DNA of 64,000 nt from Pseudomonadota bacterium (GTDB lineage Bacteria; Bdellovibrionota_B; Oligoflexia; Silvanigrellales; Silvanigrellaceae), in NCBI GenBank assembly GCA_039799905.1, contig JBDLRP010000039.1:96001-160000 (forward strand). Direction: 5' to 3'. Below, piece by piece: positions 23,710 to 33,252 of the stretch. The position numbers and the translations under genes were made by a program. Under the pieces are notes generated by a model, which saw nothing but the letters and a program-made list of their open reading frames with translations, had not been told where the DNA came from and searched no databases. Each line of letters starts with the position of its first letter. The stretch's first letter is position 1.

Positions 23710-24582
23710 ATGGATATGAAAAACTTTTTATTGATTCACTGTTGCTTTGTCTCTGTCTCGTTCAGTGCATGCTCGACCGCTGAACAGCTCAAGAACATCC
23801 GCGCATCCGCGAAGAACACTCCCATAGAAGTAGGCAACAATCGGGATAAAGACACCCCGCCGGATAAGCCAGAATTACCAGCAGATGGTGCAAACAAAAA
23901 TGTCGACGAAGCAGATGCAAATGTTTTACCTGTCACGCCGGATGTTGAGAACGTAGACAACGGCATTGGACCAGTCGACGCTTCGCCAAGCACACAAAAC
24001 CCTGAATTTCCAATTGCAAAGGCACTCAATTGGGCAAATTTGGACGCCAAACAAAAACAATATTCAAAGTTCAAAATCGATAAAAGTACACCCAAGGGGG
24101 AATCAATTCTCATCACCACAAATGATCCGGCTTTCCACCTAACAGGGATCAGGATGCAGACAACGCCCCTACGATTGCGTGAGGAGCTCAAAAAGAGCGG
24201 AAAGCCAGTCTTTGTGCACTTTGAACTTAACGTCGGAATTTTCACACGATGGAACTTTGCAGGGAGTCTTGGTGAAGACAGCCTTAAATTCGGAACACAG
24301 GGTCACATTATCACCAAGCAGACTGGCGGTATCGTTGATTTCAGAGCAGACAGTGCACCCGATGTGTTCGAGTTCACAAACACCATCAACGTACAGAGGT
24401 GCTCGGAGAAGCACGGCTTTCAATGCCATCCATTGAACCACCTCCAACAGGTGACTATAAAGAACTTCGGCAAGGAAGATTTAATCATTTTACAAGGACG
24501 GCGCTATAGATATAACGATGTTCGAAATGATGGGACCTTGCCGGATGTGCCAGCGAGCAGACTAAAAGTAGAAAAAATTTAG
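23710..24582 (+). CDS. hypothetical lipoprotein
   Basis: Lipobox FSAC; acidic/Pro linker; C-terminal PDVFEF...IKNFGKEDLIIL reminiscent of RTX-protein C-terminal motifs. Confidence 0.75.
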   Translation: MDMKNFLLIHCCFVSVSFSACSTAEQLKNIRASAKNTPIEVGNNRDKDTPPDKPELPADGANKNVDEADANVLPVTPDVENVDNGIGPVDASPSTQNPEFPIAKALNWANLDAKQKQYSKFKIDKSTPKGESILITTNDPAFHLTGIRMQTTPLRLREELKKSGKPVFVHFELNVGIFTRWNFAGSLGEDSLKFGTQGHIITKQTGGIVDFRADSAPDVFEFTNTINVQRCSEKHGFQCHPLNHLQQVTIKNFGKEDLIILQGRRYRYNDVRNDGTLPDVPASRLKVEKI

Positions 24583-24605
24583 CCGGCTTTTTAGGGCAAG
24601 CCGGG

Positions 24606-24651
24606 AAGCCGAATCGCTGTTCTGGAAATGGTTGGGGCCTCAGAGAGACAA
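24606..24651 (+). repeat. 46-bp direct repeat, right copy
   Basis: Identical to 22198-22243; contains the stop codon of the minus-strand cytochrome c gene. Confidence 0.95.
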
Positions 24652-25110
24652 ATAAACGCGACCAGGAGCTCCGCCGCTCGCCGGTTGTGCGTGGCAGCCG
24701 GCACATCCGCCCGATGAAACCTGAGTTCCCATCGATGCCTCCTTACCATCCTTGGACACTTTCACTGCCTTTAACGGATACGAAACCGATTCCGATGTGA
24801 AAAAGTTTCCAACGCGGTTGCTCTTGAGGGATATTTTTTTGCCTGAGGAGTCGGTGACCTCAATGCTGACTCCTTCGAGCCCCTGATTTGTGGCCGACGT
24901 TGCCGACGGGAACACTGTGCCTGCGAGAGTGAATTGCGCCTCACCTGCGGCCTTTCCGCCTGCCCCGTGACAGCTGAGGCAATTGTCTCCCGGATTCATG
25001 AATTCATTGCCATCCTCATCTTTTTCGCCACAGGATGCGAGGAGAAGAACAGACATGATCGACAAGACTGCAGGAAACAAAAATCTTGGATTACGCCGCG
25101 ATGACTTCAT
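24640..25110 (-). CDS. di-heme cytochrome c lipoprotein with an inserted carboxypeptidase-regulatory-like beta domain
   Basis: Lipobox LASC; CLSCH and CAGCH heme motifs flank AGTV...GVSIEVTD...GNFF. Confidence 0.85.
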   Translation of the reverse strand: MKSSRRNPRFLFPAVLSIMSVLLLASCGEKDEDGNEFMNPGDNCLSCHGAGGKAAGEAQFTLAGTVFPSATSATNQGLEGVSIEVTDSSGKKISLKSNRVGNFFTSESVSYPLKAVKVSKDGKEASMGTQVSSGGCAGCHAQPASGGAPGRVYLSL

Positions 25111-25171
25111 GTGTGGCTCCGTTTCAGCTTCGTTGACTCTATTCATGAGTAACAACAGAGCATCCGCAAAG

Positions 25172-26173
25172 CTATTCCTGCGTCAGGCCTCCGGCGGCGA
25201 CAAAACGTTCGCACGCCTCGCTGAGATGACGGTCGATTGGGAATGTAAACGAACGCCGCAGCAGGTCGAACTCAAGAAACCCCAGATGCCCGCCAAAGCG
25301 AAAGACGTTCAATTTGACGAGAGGATTCTTTGATTTTCTGAGAATCTCAAAAGTACCCGGAGCAATAGGATCATCTTTTGCCAAAAAAACTTCGGTGGGC
25401 AGGAGAATCTTGTCGATCACATCCCGACAAGACGCGCGTTCGTAGTAGTCATCGGCACTCGTCAGTCCAAGCGCCGGAGCAAGAAAATTCTCATCGAACT
25501 GCGAGAGCTTCTTGGCACGGCGGGCTGCAGACAGGAGCTCGTCTTCCATTTGCCCAAGCCGGCTCAGGTAGGAATTTATCTTGCGCAGAAACAATTTATT
25601 GAAAACACCGAACATCGGTCTGTGCATGTTGAGGCTCGAAGAACGCAGATCGACCACCGGACTCACTGCAGCAACTCCGATACAGCCAAGCTGACGCAAC
25701 AGTTCTGAAGATTCCTGAGCTCCCGCAATCTTCATCACCATGTTGCCCGAAAGCGACTGACCAACCAAAATCCATTTTTGCTGAGGCTCAGACTTTTTCA
25801 GAAACGCAATCGACTCGTACAAATCAGCACCACGAAAACCATGGTAAAAACCGCTCGCCTTCCCTTTTCCTGAACCGACATTACGATGATTGAGACGATA
25901 GACTTTGAAACCACGCTCTGCGAGAAATCTGGACTGTCTGACAACAGCAGGGTCGTGACAGGAACTGCCCAAGCCGTGCACCAAAAGAATGTTTGCTTTC
26001 GCGCTTCCACTCTCAGGCAGTTCGATTTCTCCACTGAGGACACTGCCGTCACTCAGCGTCACGTCAAAACGCGGAGAGCTCTTTTTCGTGACGTGTTTTC
26101 CTGAAAAGCTTGCACTGAGAATTGTCGAAAGGGAGCCGTGAGGAATCGGAAGACTGCCGAGATTCGCTTTCAT
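25172..26173 (-). CDS. YheT-family alpha/beta hydrolase
   Basis: VHGLGS, nucleophile elbow GQSLSG, DDP, GGHLGF. Confidence 0.88.
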   Translation of the reverse strand: MKANLGSLPIPHGSLSTILSASFSGKHVTKKSSPRFDVTLSDGSVLSGEIELPESGSAKANILLVHGLGSSCHDPAVVRQSRFLAERGFKVYRLNHRNVGSGKGKASGFYHGFRGADLYESIAFLKKSEPQQKWILVGQSLSGNMVMKIAGAQESSELLRQLGCIGVAAVSPVVDLRSSSLNMHRPMFGVFNKLFLRKINSYLSRLGQMEDELLSAARRAKKLSQFDENFLAPALGLTSADDYYERASCRDVIDKILLPTEVFLAKDDPIAPGTFEILRKSKNPLVKLNVFRFGGHLGFLEFDLLRRSFTFPIDRHLSEACERFVAAGGLTQE

Positions 26174-26437
26174 TGCTGATTCTCCGCTCGGGTGACAAGG
26201 GCTGCGAAAGGCGTCGCCTTCTTCTAGTGATAAAGCGGGAGCAATTCAACAAAGAATTTCGGCCCGTTCACCGACAATTCAGCTATCCCGAAAAGGTAAT
26301 CGACGGTGCGCCAAAATGGCTCCCATCACCCCGAAAAAACGGACATCTATCCCAGAAAAACCGACTGTCGGAAATGTCTCCAAACATGAACGCATCATCG
26401 AGCATTGGATTCGAAGCTGTTTGGCGTTCAAAATGCC

Positions 26438-26464
26438 TCGAGATAATTCCAAATCTGCCGATAA
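26438..26464 (+). promoter_or_regulatory. sigma28-like promoter
   Basis: TCGAGATA-N11-GCCGATAA (perfect -10 box), just upstream of the ATG at 26488. Confidence 0.65.
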
Positions 26465-26487
26465 CTCCCAAAGAACTTGGGGGAATC

Positions 26488-27105
26488 ATGACGCGAGCGT
26501 TCTTGGCGATTTTACCACTGACGGTTGCACTTGGCTGCAACATCAAAAAAAACTCGAGCGAAAGTCAGGTTTCCAAGGCCGGAGGCTCGCGAACTTCATT
26601 CGTAACTCTTGCTGAAGTTCAGGACGCTGTCACGAAGATCGTAAATCAAAACCCAAACGAGGTTGCAGACCTCTTCTCATTTACCGGTAACTGCGTGGCA
26701 GTCTCAGATTCGTGGACACACAAATTCAAAGCGAACACCAAGTTTCCAGTTTACCAGGGGTCCATCAGTGGAACGATGTTTGTCAATGTCGGAGGAAAGA
26801 AACAATTACGAGATGCTAACCACACCTTCATCTTGTTCAATCCGGGAAGGCGAAACGAAATTATATTCGATCCCACATACGGACAGTTCATCTTGGACGC
26901 CCCAGAAATTTCGGGACTACCCCGCATGCTGCTCAAGCCAACAGCGGAGGCACCCAGCATCTATTTTAAACACTCTAAGAATTTAAGAATATTTACCACT
27001 CTTACAGATGACGCCACTGGCCACTACAATCCCGCTGAGTTCACCGAGTTCTTGTACGGATTCGGTCGATATTCGAAAAACCGAATGGTGGTTGGACCTT
27101 TGTAA
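26488..27105 (+). CDS. lipoprotein with a putative transglutaminase/papain-like Cys-His-Asp triad
   Basis: Lipobox ALGC; GNC...NHTF...FDPTYGQF. Confidence 0.65.
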   Translation: MTRAFLAILPLTVALGCNIKKNSSESQVSKAGGSRTSFVTLAEVQDAVTKIVNQNPNEVADLFSFTGNCVAVSDSWTHKFKANTKFPVYQGSISGTMFVNVGGKKQLRDANHTFILFNPGRRNEIIFDPTYGQFILDAPEISGLPRMLLKPTAEAPSIYFKHSKNLRIFTTLTDDATGHYNPAEFTEFLYGFGRYSKNRMVVGPL

Positions 27106-27192
27106 ACATCAGGCATAAAAGCAGAATCACCCTGCACATGACTCAGCTTTTAAAAAAAATTCTGTGTTAAGCCACAAGAATCACCATGAACT

Positions 27193-29829
27193 TTAAAGTG
27201 AATAGTCCTGCCACATGTCGGTCTGCAGAAATTGCGACATTTTGGCGAGTTGCGAAAACGACAGGGTGTGTTCGGCCCCTTCGCTGGAAACAAAAACACC
27301 GGCGCGAAGGAAGGCATCATAAGTGCGACCGCCAAACACATGGCTGAGCTGGCTTTGAGTGCGCATCTGAGCCCTGAGGAAAGCAGACCTGTGCAACTTG
27401 CTTGCAAGGCTTATCACTTCGTCGCGCTTGAAAAGTCCAGCATCGCCGTTGAGTTGAATCGCTGCCCCGAGCTGAACACTGTAGAGCTCAATCTCTGGCC
27501 TGACCAAATCAGACAACCACTGAAGCTGCGCGACCGCGAGCGCATTGTCGACAAGTGTCACGGTCTGCGCATCACGGTTCCAAGCCAGAATTCCGAGCTC
27601 TTCGAATGCCTGCAGGACAGACGTCACTACAGCCGCTGTCGATGTCGTTTCGGGCCAAAACAACTCGTCTTCCCAAAGGCTGCGCACGACAGCAGCCTGA
27701 GTCTCAATTGCAGTAAGTGACGCTGACGAAAAACCTTCACGAAGGCGTCCGTCGCGCAGACAACCGCGCACCAGAATTGTCGCAACAATTCCAGGAACTG
27801 CCAGCAGATGAAAAATTGTGCCTCTATACCACCACAAGTTGAGCTGCGCAGTTTCTGCAGGCTTGACGAAAATCGCTCCGAGTTCGTCTTTCACGGTCTG
27901 CAGAAAGCCCCACCGGACCGCAGAAGAAATCAAATCAGCCGGACGCTTGCGAGCCTCGTCCACCACGGCCCGCTGCGGTATCTGACTGGTAATAATTTCA
28001 GTTTCGCTCAGGATCGAATCGAGTTGTGCATCACCCGCAGAAACAGCCCAACCCACAAGCTCACCGCAGCGCCCCAAAACACTCCGCAGGGAGGACACCT
28101 TCTGCAGACACAGGTCGCCTTTCATGCCGTGCACTGCGCCTTCATTGCTGCGCGGATGAATCAACACGACCGATGCGAGCAATGCAGTGTCGGACGCCGT
28201 AGCGCTCGAATTGATCCCTTGATTGATTCTACGGGCAAGTTCACGGACCATAGCTTGGACCCGCGGGTCACGTGCATCAAAATCGGGCCGCAAATCCGCC
28301 AGCCGCTCGGGCAATGGCTCACGTTCAAGTGCAGCCGAAGAACGGCCAGCAATTGCTTGCGTGCGTGAAACGTAATCTGTCCAAAAGTCACCGAATCTCA
28401 CCGGTGTTCCAAACGCCACTTCGACGCGCCCGTAGTTGCCGAAAAGATATCTGAGCGAACGAACGAGCTGAAAAAAGGACTCAGCTTCTTTTTTTGCTCC
28501 GCTCAGCTCGCGCGCGTAGGAATTGTCTTCCATGACTTTGTCGTAGGAAATGAACACGGGGCAAAAATACGTATTCTCGGCGCGACGTTTCAATATACTG
28601 GTCACGCACATCGACGTCATTCCGGTCTTTGGTACAAGGAGCCTGCCGATGCGAGAGCGTCCGCCCTCATGAAAAAACTCAAGTGGGTGCCCGTTGGTCA
28701 GCAGAAAATCAACGTAACTCGAGAAGACGGCACTGTAGAGCTTGTTGCCAGCAAAAGACCTGCGCAGAAAAAACGCCCCGCCACGACGGAGGATCGGACC
28801 TGCAGGAAAAAAACTCAAATTGACACCTGCGGCGATGTGCGGCGGTGCCAAACCTTTGCGCTTCATTAAATAAGACAACAGCAAATAGTCCAAATGACTG
28901 CGATGGCACGGGATCCAAATCACCTGACCCTGTTTGGTCACCTGCGCAACTGCATCGAGATTACGGACACGCACACCCTGAAAGATGCGCGTCCAGATGA
29001 AATCAAGCACCGTCTCCATTGCCCGGATGGTGCTGTAGTTGTATTTGGAGGCGATCTCTCGCAGATAGTATGCAGCTTTTTTCAACTGTTTGTTGGAACG
29101 GTCGGGAGAACCGATCAGCTTTTTGATTTCTTGACTCGCGAGAATACGCTGACTCACTGTCGCAAGATCGTAAACCACAGGACCACAGGCGGCTGTCCGT
29201 TCGCGCTGAAACTCAATCAACATCGATCTGCGCGTGCGCCGCCCGACGAGCAGCTCCTCGCCCTGTTCGGGCTCCTCGAGTTCTACAGGTGCGGCAAAAT
29301 GCACGCGCAACAAACCGCCATGAATCAACAACATGAAAAATTTCTGAAAGATATTTTCTGTTCCCTCATCGGGGAACAAAGAACGCAGCAGAATATTGCG
29401 GTCGTTACGATCAGGAACGCGACTCCAAAAAACCTGAACCGGCATAAGAACGAGTTGCCCGTGCTTGACGCGATGATCATTCTGAAGAACTTCACTGAGC
29501 GCGGGGCTGAAATAATCCTTGCGGCTGCGCGGAATGAAACTGATCTTTCTGGTGCGCATCGACAACAAACCCGCATGCCTGAATCGGTTGGGCCTTGCCT
29601 CGTGCCAGATCCTCGGCATGCCGAGTTTTTTGAGCGCCTTGTTGACAGCGAGCAAATCGAGGACCGACATCCTCGGCAAAACGTAGATTACGTCTTTGCC
29701 TTCTGTGACCTTTTTGATCCATGCCTGCGGTTCTTCAGTCGGTGTCAGCTGCAGACGGAAGAGCAGGCGCAGGGGAGTCAACAAAAACAACCATCGGGAA
29801 AAATGCAGACCCAGCAGGCGGAACATCAA
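27193..29829 (-). CDS. plsB: glycerol-3-phosphate O-acyltransferase
   Basis: PCHRSHLDY, GAFFLRRSF, FHEGGRSR; 878 aa. Confidence 0.9.
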   Translation of the reverse strand: MMFRLLGLHFSRWLFLLTPLRLLFRLQLTPTEEPQAWIKKVTEGKDVIYVLPRMSVLDLLAVNKALKKLGMPRIWHEARPNRFRHAGLLSMRTRKISFIPRSRKDYFSPALSEVLQNDHRVKHGQLVLMPVQVFWSRVPDRNDRNILLRSLFPDEGTENIFQKFFMLLIHGGLLRVHFAAPVELEEPEQGEELLVGRRTRRSMLIEFQRERTAACGPVVYDLATVSQRILASQEIKKLIGSPDRSNKQLKKAAYYLREIASKYNYSTIRAMETVLDFIWTRIFQGVRVRNLDAVAQVTKQGQVIWIPCHRSHLDYLLLSYLMKRKGLAPPHIAAGVNLSFFPAGPILRRGGAFFLRRSFAGNKLYSAVFSSYVDFLLTNGHPLEFFHEGGRSRIGRLLVPKTGMTSMCVTSILKRRAENTYFCPVFISYDKVMEDNSYARELSGAKKEAESFFQLVRSLRYLFGNYGRVEVAFGTPVRFGDFWTDYVSRTQAIAGRSSAALEREPLPERLADLRPDFDARDPRVQAMVRELARRINQGINSSATASDTALLASVVLIHPRSNEGAVHGMKGDLCLQKVSSLRSVLGRCGELVGWAVSAGDAQLDSILSETEIITSQIPQRAVVDEARKRPADLISSAVRWGFLQTVKDELGAIFVKPAETAQLNLWWYRGTIFHLLAVPGIVATILVRGCLRDGRLREGFSSASLTAIETQAAVVRSLWEDELFWPETTSTAAVVTSVLQAFEELGILAWNRDAQTVTLVDNALAVAQLQWLSDLVRPEIELYSVQLGAAIQLNGDAGLFKRDEVISLASKLHRSAFLRAQMRTQSQLSHVFGGRTYDAFLRAGVFVSSEGAEHTLSFSQLAKMSQFLQTDMWQDYSL

Positions 29830-29835
29830 ATCACC

Positions 29836-30780
29836 TTATTGTTGGTTTGCCCCCTGCCGAACGAAGTCCAGCAGAGTTTCAAGACGATCGGGCTCGTGAG
29901 TGAGAACAATGTTGTCGATGAGTCGGGTTTTGACTCCATCAGCACCCTGAACATAACCGGCAATCGCCAGAACGCTGTCCTGAGTGATTTTATCGCTGCA
30001 CAGCGCAAGATTTTTCGCGTTCCTGATTTCGCAGTACTGTTGCTCGAAACCAACTTCAGAATTAAGAACCTCGAGCGCAGCCGCGAGGACTTCCGATGAA
30101 TCAGCAGTTCCGGCCAGAAAACAATGTCCTGCAGCGCGTAATGCTCTCGGTATGCAGAGCGCAATTTTTCGAGCACCCTCATCAAGATAACGGTTGCGGC
30201 TGCTGAGCGCGAATCCATCTGCGTCACGCACCGTCGGCACGCCCATAATTCGGGTCGGGTGGTCAAGATCGGCAGCCATGCGTGCAATGATTGTGAACTG
30301 CTGAAAATCCTTCAGGCCAAAATAAGCCCTATCAGCAGACACACAATTTAAAAGCAGGAGCACCACTGTGCAGACACCGGCAAAGTGATTTGGCCGGTAG
30401 GCGCCGCAGAGCACGTCTGACATCTCCGAGACGTTGACCTGAGTCTTAAAATCAGCCGGATACAGTTCGTCCGCGTTCGGCGCAAAAACAATCTGTGCAC
30501 CCGCTTTTTCACACAGCGTGCAATCGGCTTCGAAGGTGCGCGGATATTTCGCGAAATCTTCTTGCGGCCCAAATTGTTTTGGATTGACGAATATTGACAC
30601 AACGGTGATGGAGTTTTCCTTGCTTGCCTTGCGCACAAGTGCGGCGTGGCCCTCATGCAGTGCCCCCATGGTCGGTACGAAACCGACAGTGGCACGAACA
30701 CCCGCCTCTTCAAGCGTTGAACGCAAGGCAGCTATCTTGGTTTTCAGTTCATGACGGGTGCGGGCAACCAAAATCCCCAA
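29836..30780 (-). CDS. panC: pantoate-beta-alanine ligase
   Basis: FVPTMGALHEGH, SIFVNPKQF, FGLKDFQQ, ALSSRN, RLIDN. Confidence 0.96.
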   Translation of the reverse strand: MGILVARTRHELKTKIAALRSTLEEAGVRATVGFVPTMGALHEGHAALVRKASKENSITVVSIFVNPKQFGPQEDFAKYPRTFEADCTLCEKAGAQIVFAPNADELYPADFKTQVNVSEMSDVLCGAYRPNHFAGVCTVVLLLLNCVSADRAYFGLKDFQQFTIIARMAADLDHPTRIMGVPTVRDADGFALSSRNRYLDEGARKIALCIPRALRAAGHCFLAGTADSSEVLAAALEVLNSEVGFEQQYCEIRNAKNLALCSDKITQDSVLAIAGYVQGADGVKTRLIDNIVLTHEPDRLETLLDFVRQGANQQ

Positions 30781-30784
30781 AATT

Positions 30785-31501
30785 TTATCCCCCTAAATAG
30801 GCCTTTTGCAGGCTCTCATCATTGAGCAGCTGAGCGGCCGGACCACTCTGCACCACTTCACCGACCTCAAGAACATATGCTCTATGAGCAATGCGCAAGG
30901 CCATGCGCGCATTTTGTTCCGCGAGCAAAACAGTCATGCCGTCTTTGCGATTGAGCTCAAGAATTTTCTGGAAAATCTGTTGCACCAACAATGGCGCGAT
31001 ACCGAGACTGGGTTCATCAAGCAAAAGAAGAGAAGGCTTTGCCATCAATGCTCTGCCAATAGCCAGCATCTGCTGCTCTCCCCCCGAGAGGGTATGGGCA
31101 TCTTGCGAGAGCCTTTCTTTGAGTCGCGGAAATAAATGAAAAATACTTTCGAGTTCTTTGTTGAGTTCCTGATGGGACGCTTTTCTTGCAAATGCTCCGA
31201 GCAGCAAATTCTCCCGCACCGACATATCAGGAAAAACAAGACGCCCTTCGGGTGACTGAGCAAGCCCCAGACGAACTATTTGATGGCTCGGCACAGTTGT
31301 CAGAGATACTCCCTTGAATTCAATCCGACCGCTCGCCGGCCGCACCAGTCCCGAGAGAGTGCGCATGGTTGTTGTTTTACCGGCTCCATTGGATCCGACA
31401 AAAGTCACAATTTCACCCTGATTCACATGAAAACTGACATTCTTGAGAGCGACGATGGCGCCGTAGCGAACGGTCAGATTATCGACGGAAAGAAGACTCA
31501 C
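30785..31501 (-). CDS. livF: branched-chain amino acid ABC transporter ATPase
   Basis: GSNGAGKTT, LSGGEQQMLAIGRALM, LDEPSLG. Confidence 0.94.
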   Translation of the reverse strand: MSLLSVDNLTVRYGAIVALKNVSFHVNQGEIVTFVGSNGAGKTTTMRTLSGLVRPASGRIEFKGVSLTTVPSHQIVRLGLAQSPEGRLVFPDMSVRENLLLGAFARKASHQELNKELESIFHLFPRLKERLSQDAHTLSGGEQQMLAIGRALMAKPSLLLLDEPSLGIAPLLVQQIFQKILELNRKDGMTVLLAEQNARMALRIAHRAYVLEVGEVVQSGPAAQLLNDESLQKAYLGG

Positions 31502-32337
31502 AGGCGTTCTCCTTGCGAATTGTCTTCGCCGCCGGCTTCAGTGTCGGCACCCAGATACGCTTCGATGACCTTGGGATCTCGCTGCACCTCAGTTGGTGTG
31601 CCCACACAAATCACTTCGCCGTGATCAAGCACTGTGATTTGCGAACAGAGGTTCATGACAAACTTCATGTCGTGCTCAATCAGCAAAACGCCGAGGCCGA
31701 AGCGGGCAACAATCTCGCGCACCAAGCCGGCCAGTTCATCCTTTTCGGTTGGGTTCATACCCGCAGCAGGTTCATCAAGAAGCAGCACTTTCGACTGCGT
31801 CATCAGGGCGCGGGCAATTTCAAGCTTGCGCTGCAATCCATAGGGAAGCGAAGTTGCCTCCCAATCGGCGTAATCCGATAGTCCGACAAACTTTAGAACC
31901 TCGAGTGCTCGGGCATGCAATCCGCGTTCGAATTGAACCGTCTTTGGCAATGCAAACAAACTCATCAGGCTCGTTCCACGCCGCTGCCAACTCAACGCCG
32001 CAATGACGTTCTCAAGGACATTGAGTCCGGCAAAAAGACGGATGTTCTGAAAAGTTCTTGCCACTCCGGCACGCGAAATCACGTGCGCACCACGGCCCGT
32101 CAGTTCATCACGCCCCAAATACACTTTTCCCTCGTTGGGGGTGTAGACACCGGTGATGAGGTTAAAGACGGTCGTCTTTCCCGCGCCATTCGGACCAATC
32201 AAACCGACAATTTGCCCGGCTGGAACGCTCAGCGAAAACTTCTGCACGGCCACCAAACCGCCGAACTTTATCGTCAGATTGTCGGCTCGCAAAAGGATGT
32301 CGGGCGCAGCGGCACTGCCGCCATTTTGAACGCTCAT
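31498..32337 (-). CDS. livG: branched-chain amino acid ABC transporter ATPase
   Basis: GPNGAGKTT, ARTFQNIRLF, LDEPAAG, IEHDM, VIEAYLG. Confidence 0.94.
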   Translation of the reverse strand: MSVQNGGSAAAPDILLRADNLTIKFGGLVAVQKFSLSVPAGQIVGLIGPNGAGKTTVFNLITGVYTPNEGKVYLGRDELTGRGAHVISRAGVARTFQNIRLFAGLNVLENVIAALSWQRRGTSLMSLFALPKTVQFERGLHARALEVLKFVGLSDYADWEATSLPYGLQRKLEIARALMTQSKVLLLDEPAAGMNPTEKDELAGLVREIVARFGLGVLLIEHDMKFVMNLCSQITVLDHGEVICVGTPTEVQRDPKVIEAYLGADTEAGGEDNSQGERL

Positions 32338-33248
32338 GACTTTCCTCCTGCAGCCACAGCTCCTACCGATGATTTTCTCTTCGGCAACAGGCGAACGATC
32401 AGCGACTGCAAACCCTTGGGGCTGAACAACATGACAAAAATCACGATGAGCGCAAAGTAGATCATCCTCTGCTCACGTATTGCCTCGGGGGCAAAGCGCA
32501 ACACTTCGGGAACGGCAACAAGAATCAGCGCACCGAGCACGCTGCCAAACAAACTCGTCATCCCGCCGATGACGACCGCAAGAACGATGATCACACTGCG
32601 CGAGAAGTCTGCTTCATCGGGACTGATGAATTGCAGGGCATGCACATAGAGCGCGCCTGCAAGACCGGCAATCGCTGAGCCGATCACAAAAGCTGAAAGT
32701 TTGCTTGAGTACGTATTAATTCCCAGACTCCGCGCGGCGATTTCATCGTCACGGGTCGCCTGAATCGCCATTCCCAGACCGGTGCGGCGGAACCTGTGCA
32801 ACATCCACCAGACCAATGCAAGAACTACGAAAACCCACAGCAGGGAGCTGAGTTTGGGAATACCCGTGAACCCACGGGTGCCACCGACGGCTTCAATATT
32901 TTTCAACGCTGTTCCAAGAATTTCGGCAAATCCAAGCGTTGCCATTGCAAGATAGTCACCCTGCAGACGCAGACATGGAACTGCTACCAGCAGACCGGCG
33001 AGCATTGCTGAAATGGCCCCTACGCCAAGCGAGAGAAGCATCATCACAAATGGTTGAGTGATTCCAAGCGCGGGCGCCGCATAAACCGTAAACGCTGCGG
33101 CGGAATATCCACCGACCGCGTAGAAGGCGGCATGCCCCAGCGAAAGCAGACCTGCACCACCCAGAATCAGTTGCAAACCCAGTGCCTGTATCGCAGTAAT
33201 GCCAAAAAGCATGAGCGGCAGAATGGAGTATTCAATCAGCTGTTCCAT
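32334..33248 (-). CDS. livM: branched-chain amino acid ABC transporter permease
   Basis: GLLSLGHAAFY, RLQGDYLAMATLGF, RDDEIAA. Confidence 0.92.
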   Translation of the reverse strand: MEQLIEYSILPLMLFGITAIQALGLQLILGGAGLLSLGHAAFYAVGGYSAAAFTVYAAPALGITQPFVMMLLSLGVGAISAMLAGLLVAVPCLRLQGDYLAMATLGFAEILGTALKNIEAVGGTRGFTGIPKLSSLLWVFVVLALVWWMLHRFRRTGLGMAIQATRDDEIAARSLGINTYSSKLSAFVIGSAIAGLAGALYVHALQFISPDEADFSRSVIIVLAVVIGGMTSLFGSVLGALILVAVPEVLRFAPEAIREQRMIYFALIVIFVMLFSPKGLQSLIVRLLPKRKSSVGAVAAGGKS

Positions 33249-33252
33249 CGCA

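Noticed and set aside
22198..24651. CRISPR array or IS element
   Set aside because: Only two repeat copies 2.4 kb apart; no spacers, cas genes, transposase or terminal inverted repeats seen
28894..30099. 401-aa + strand ORF
   Set aside because: Antisense shadow of plsB/panC
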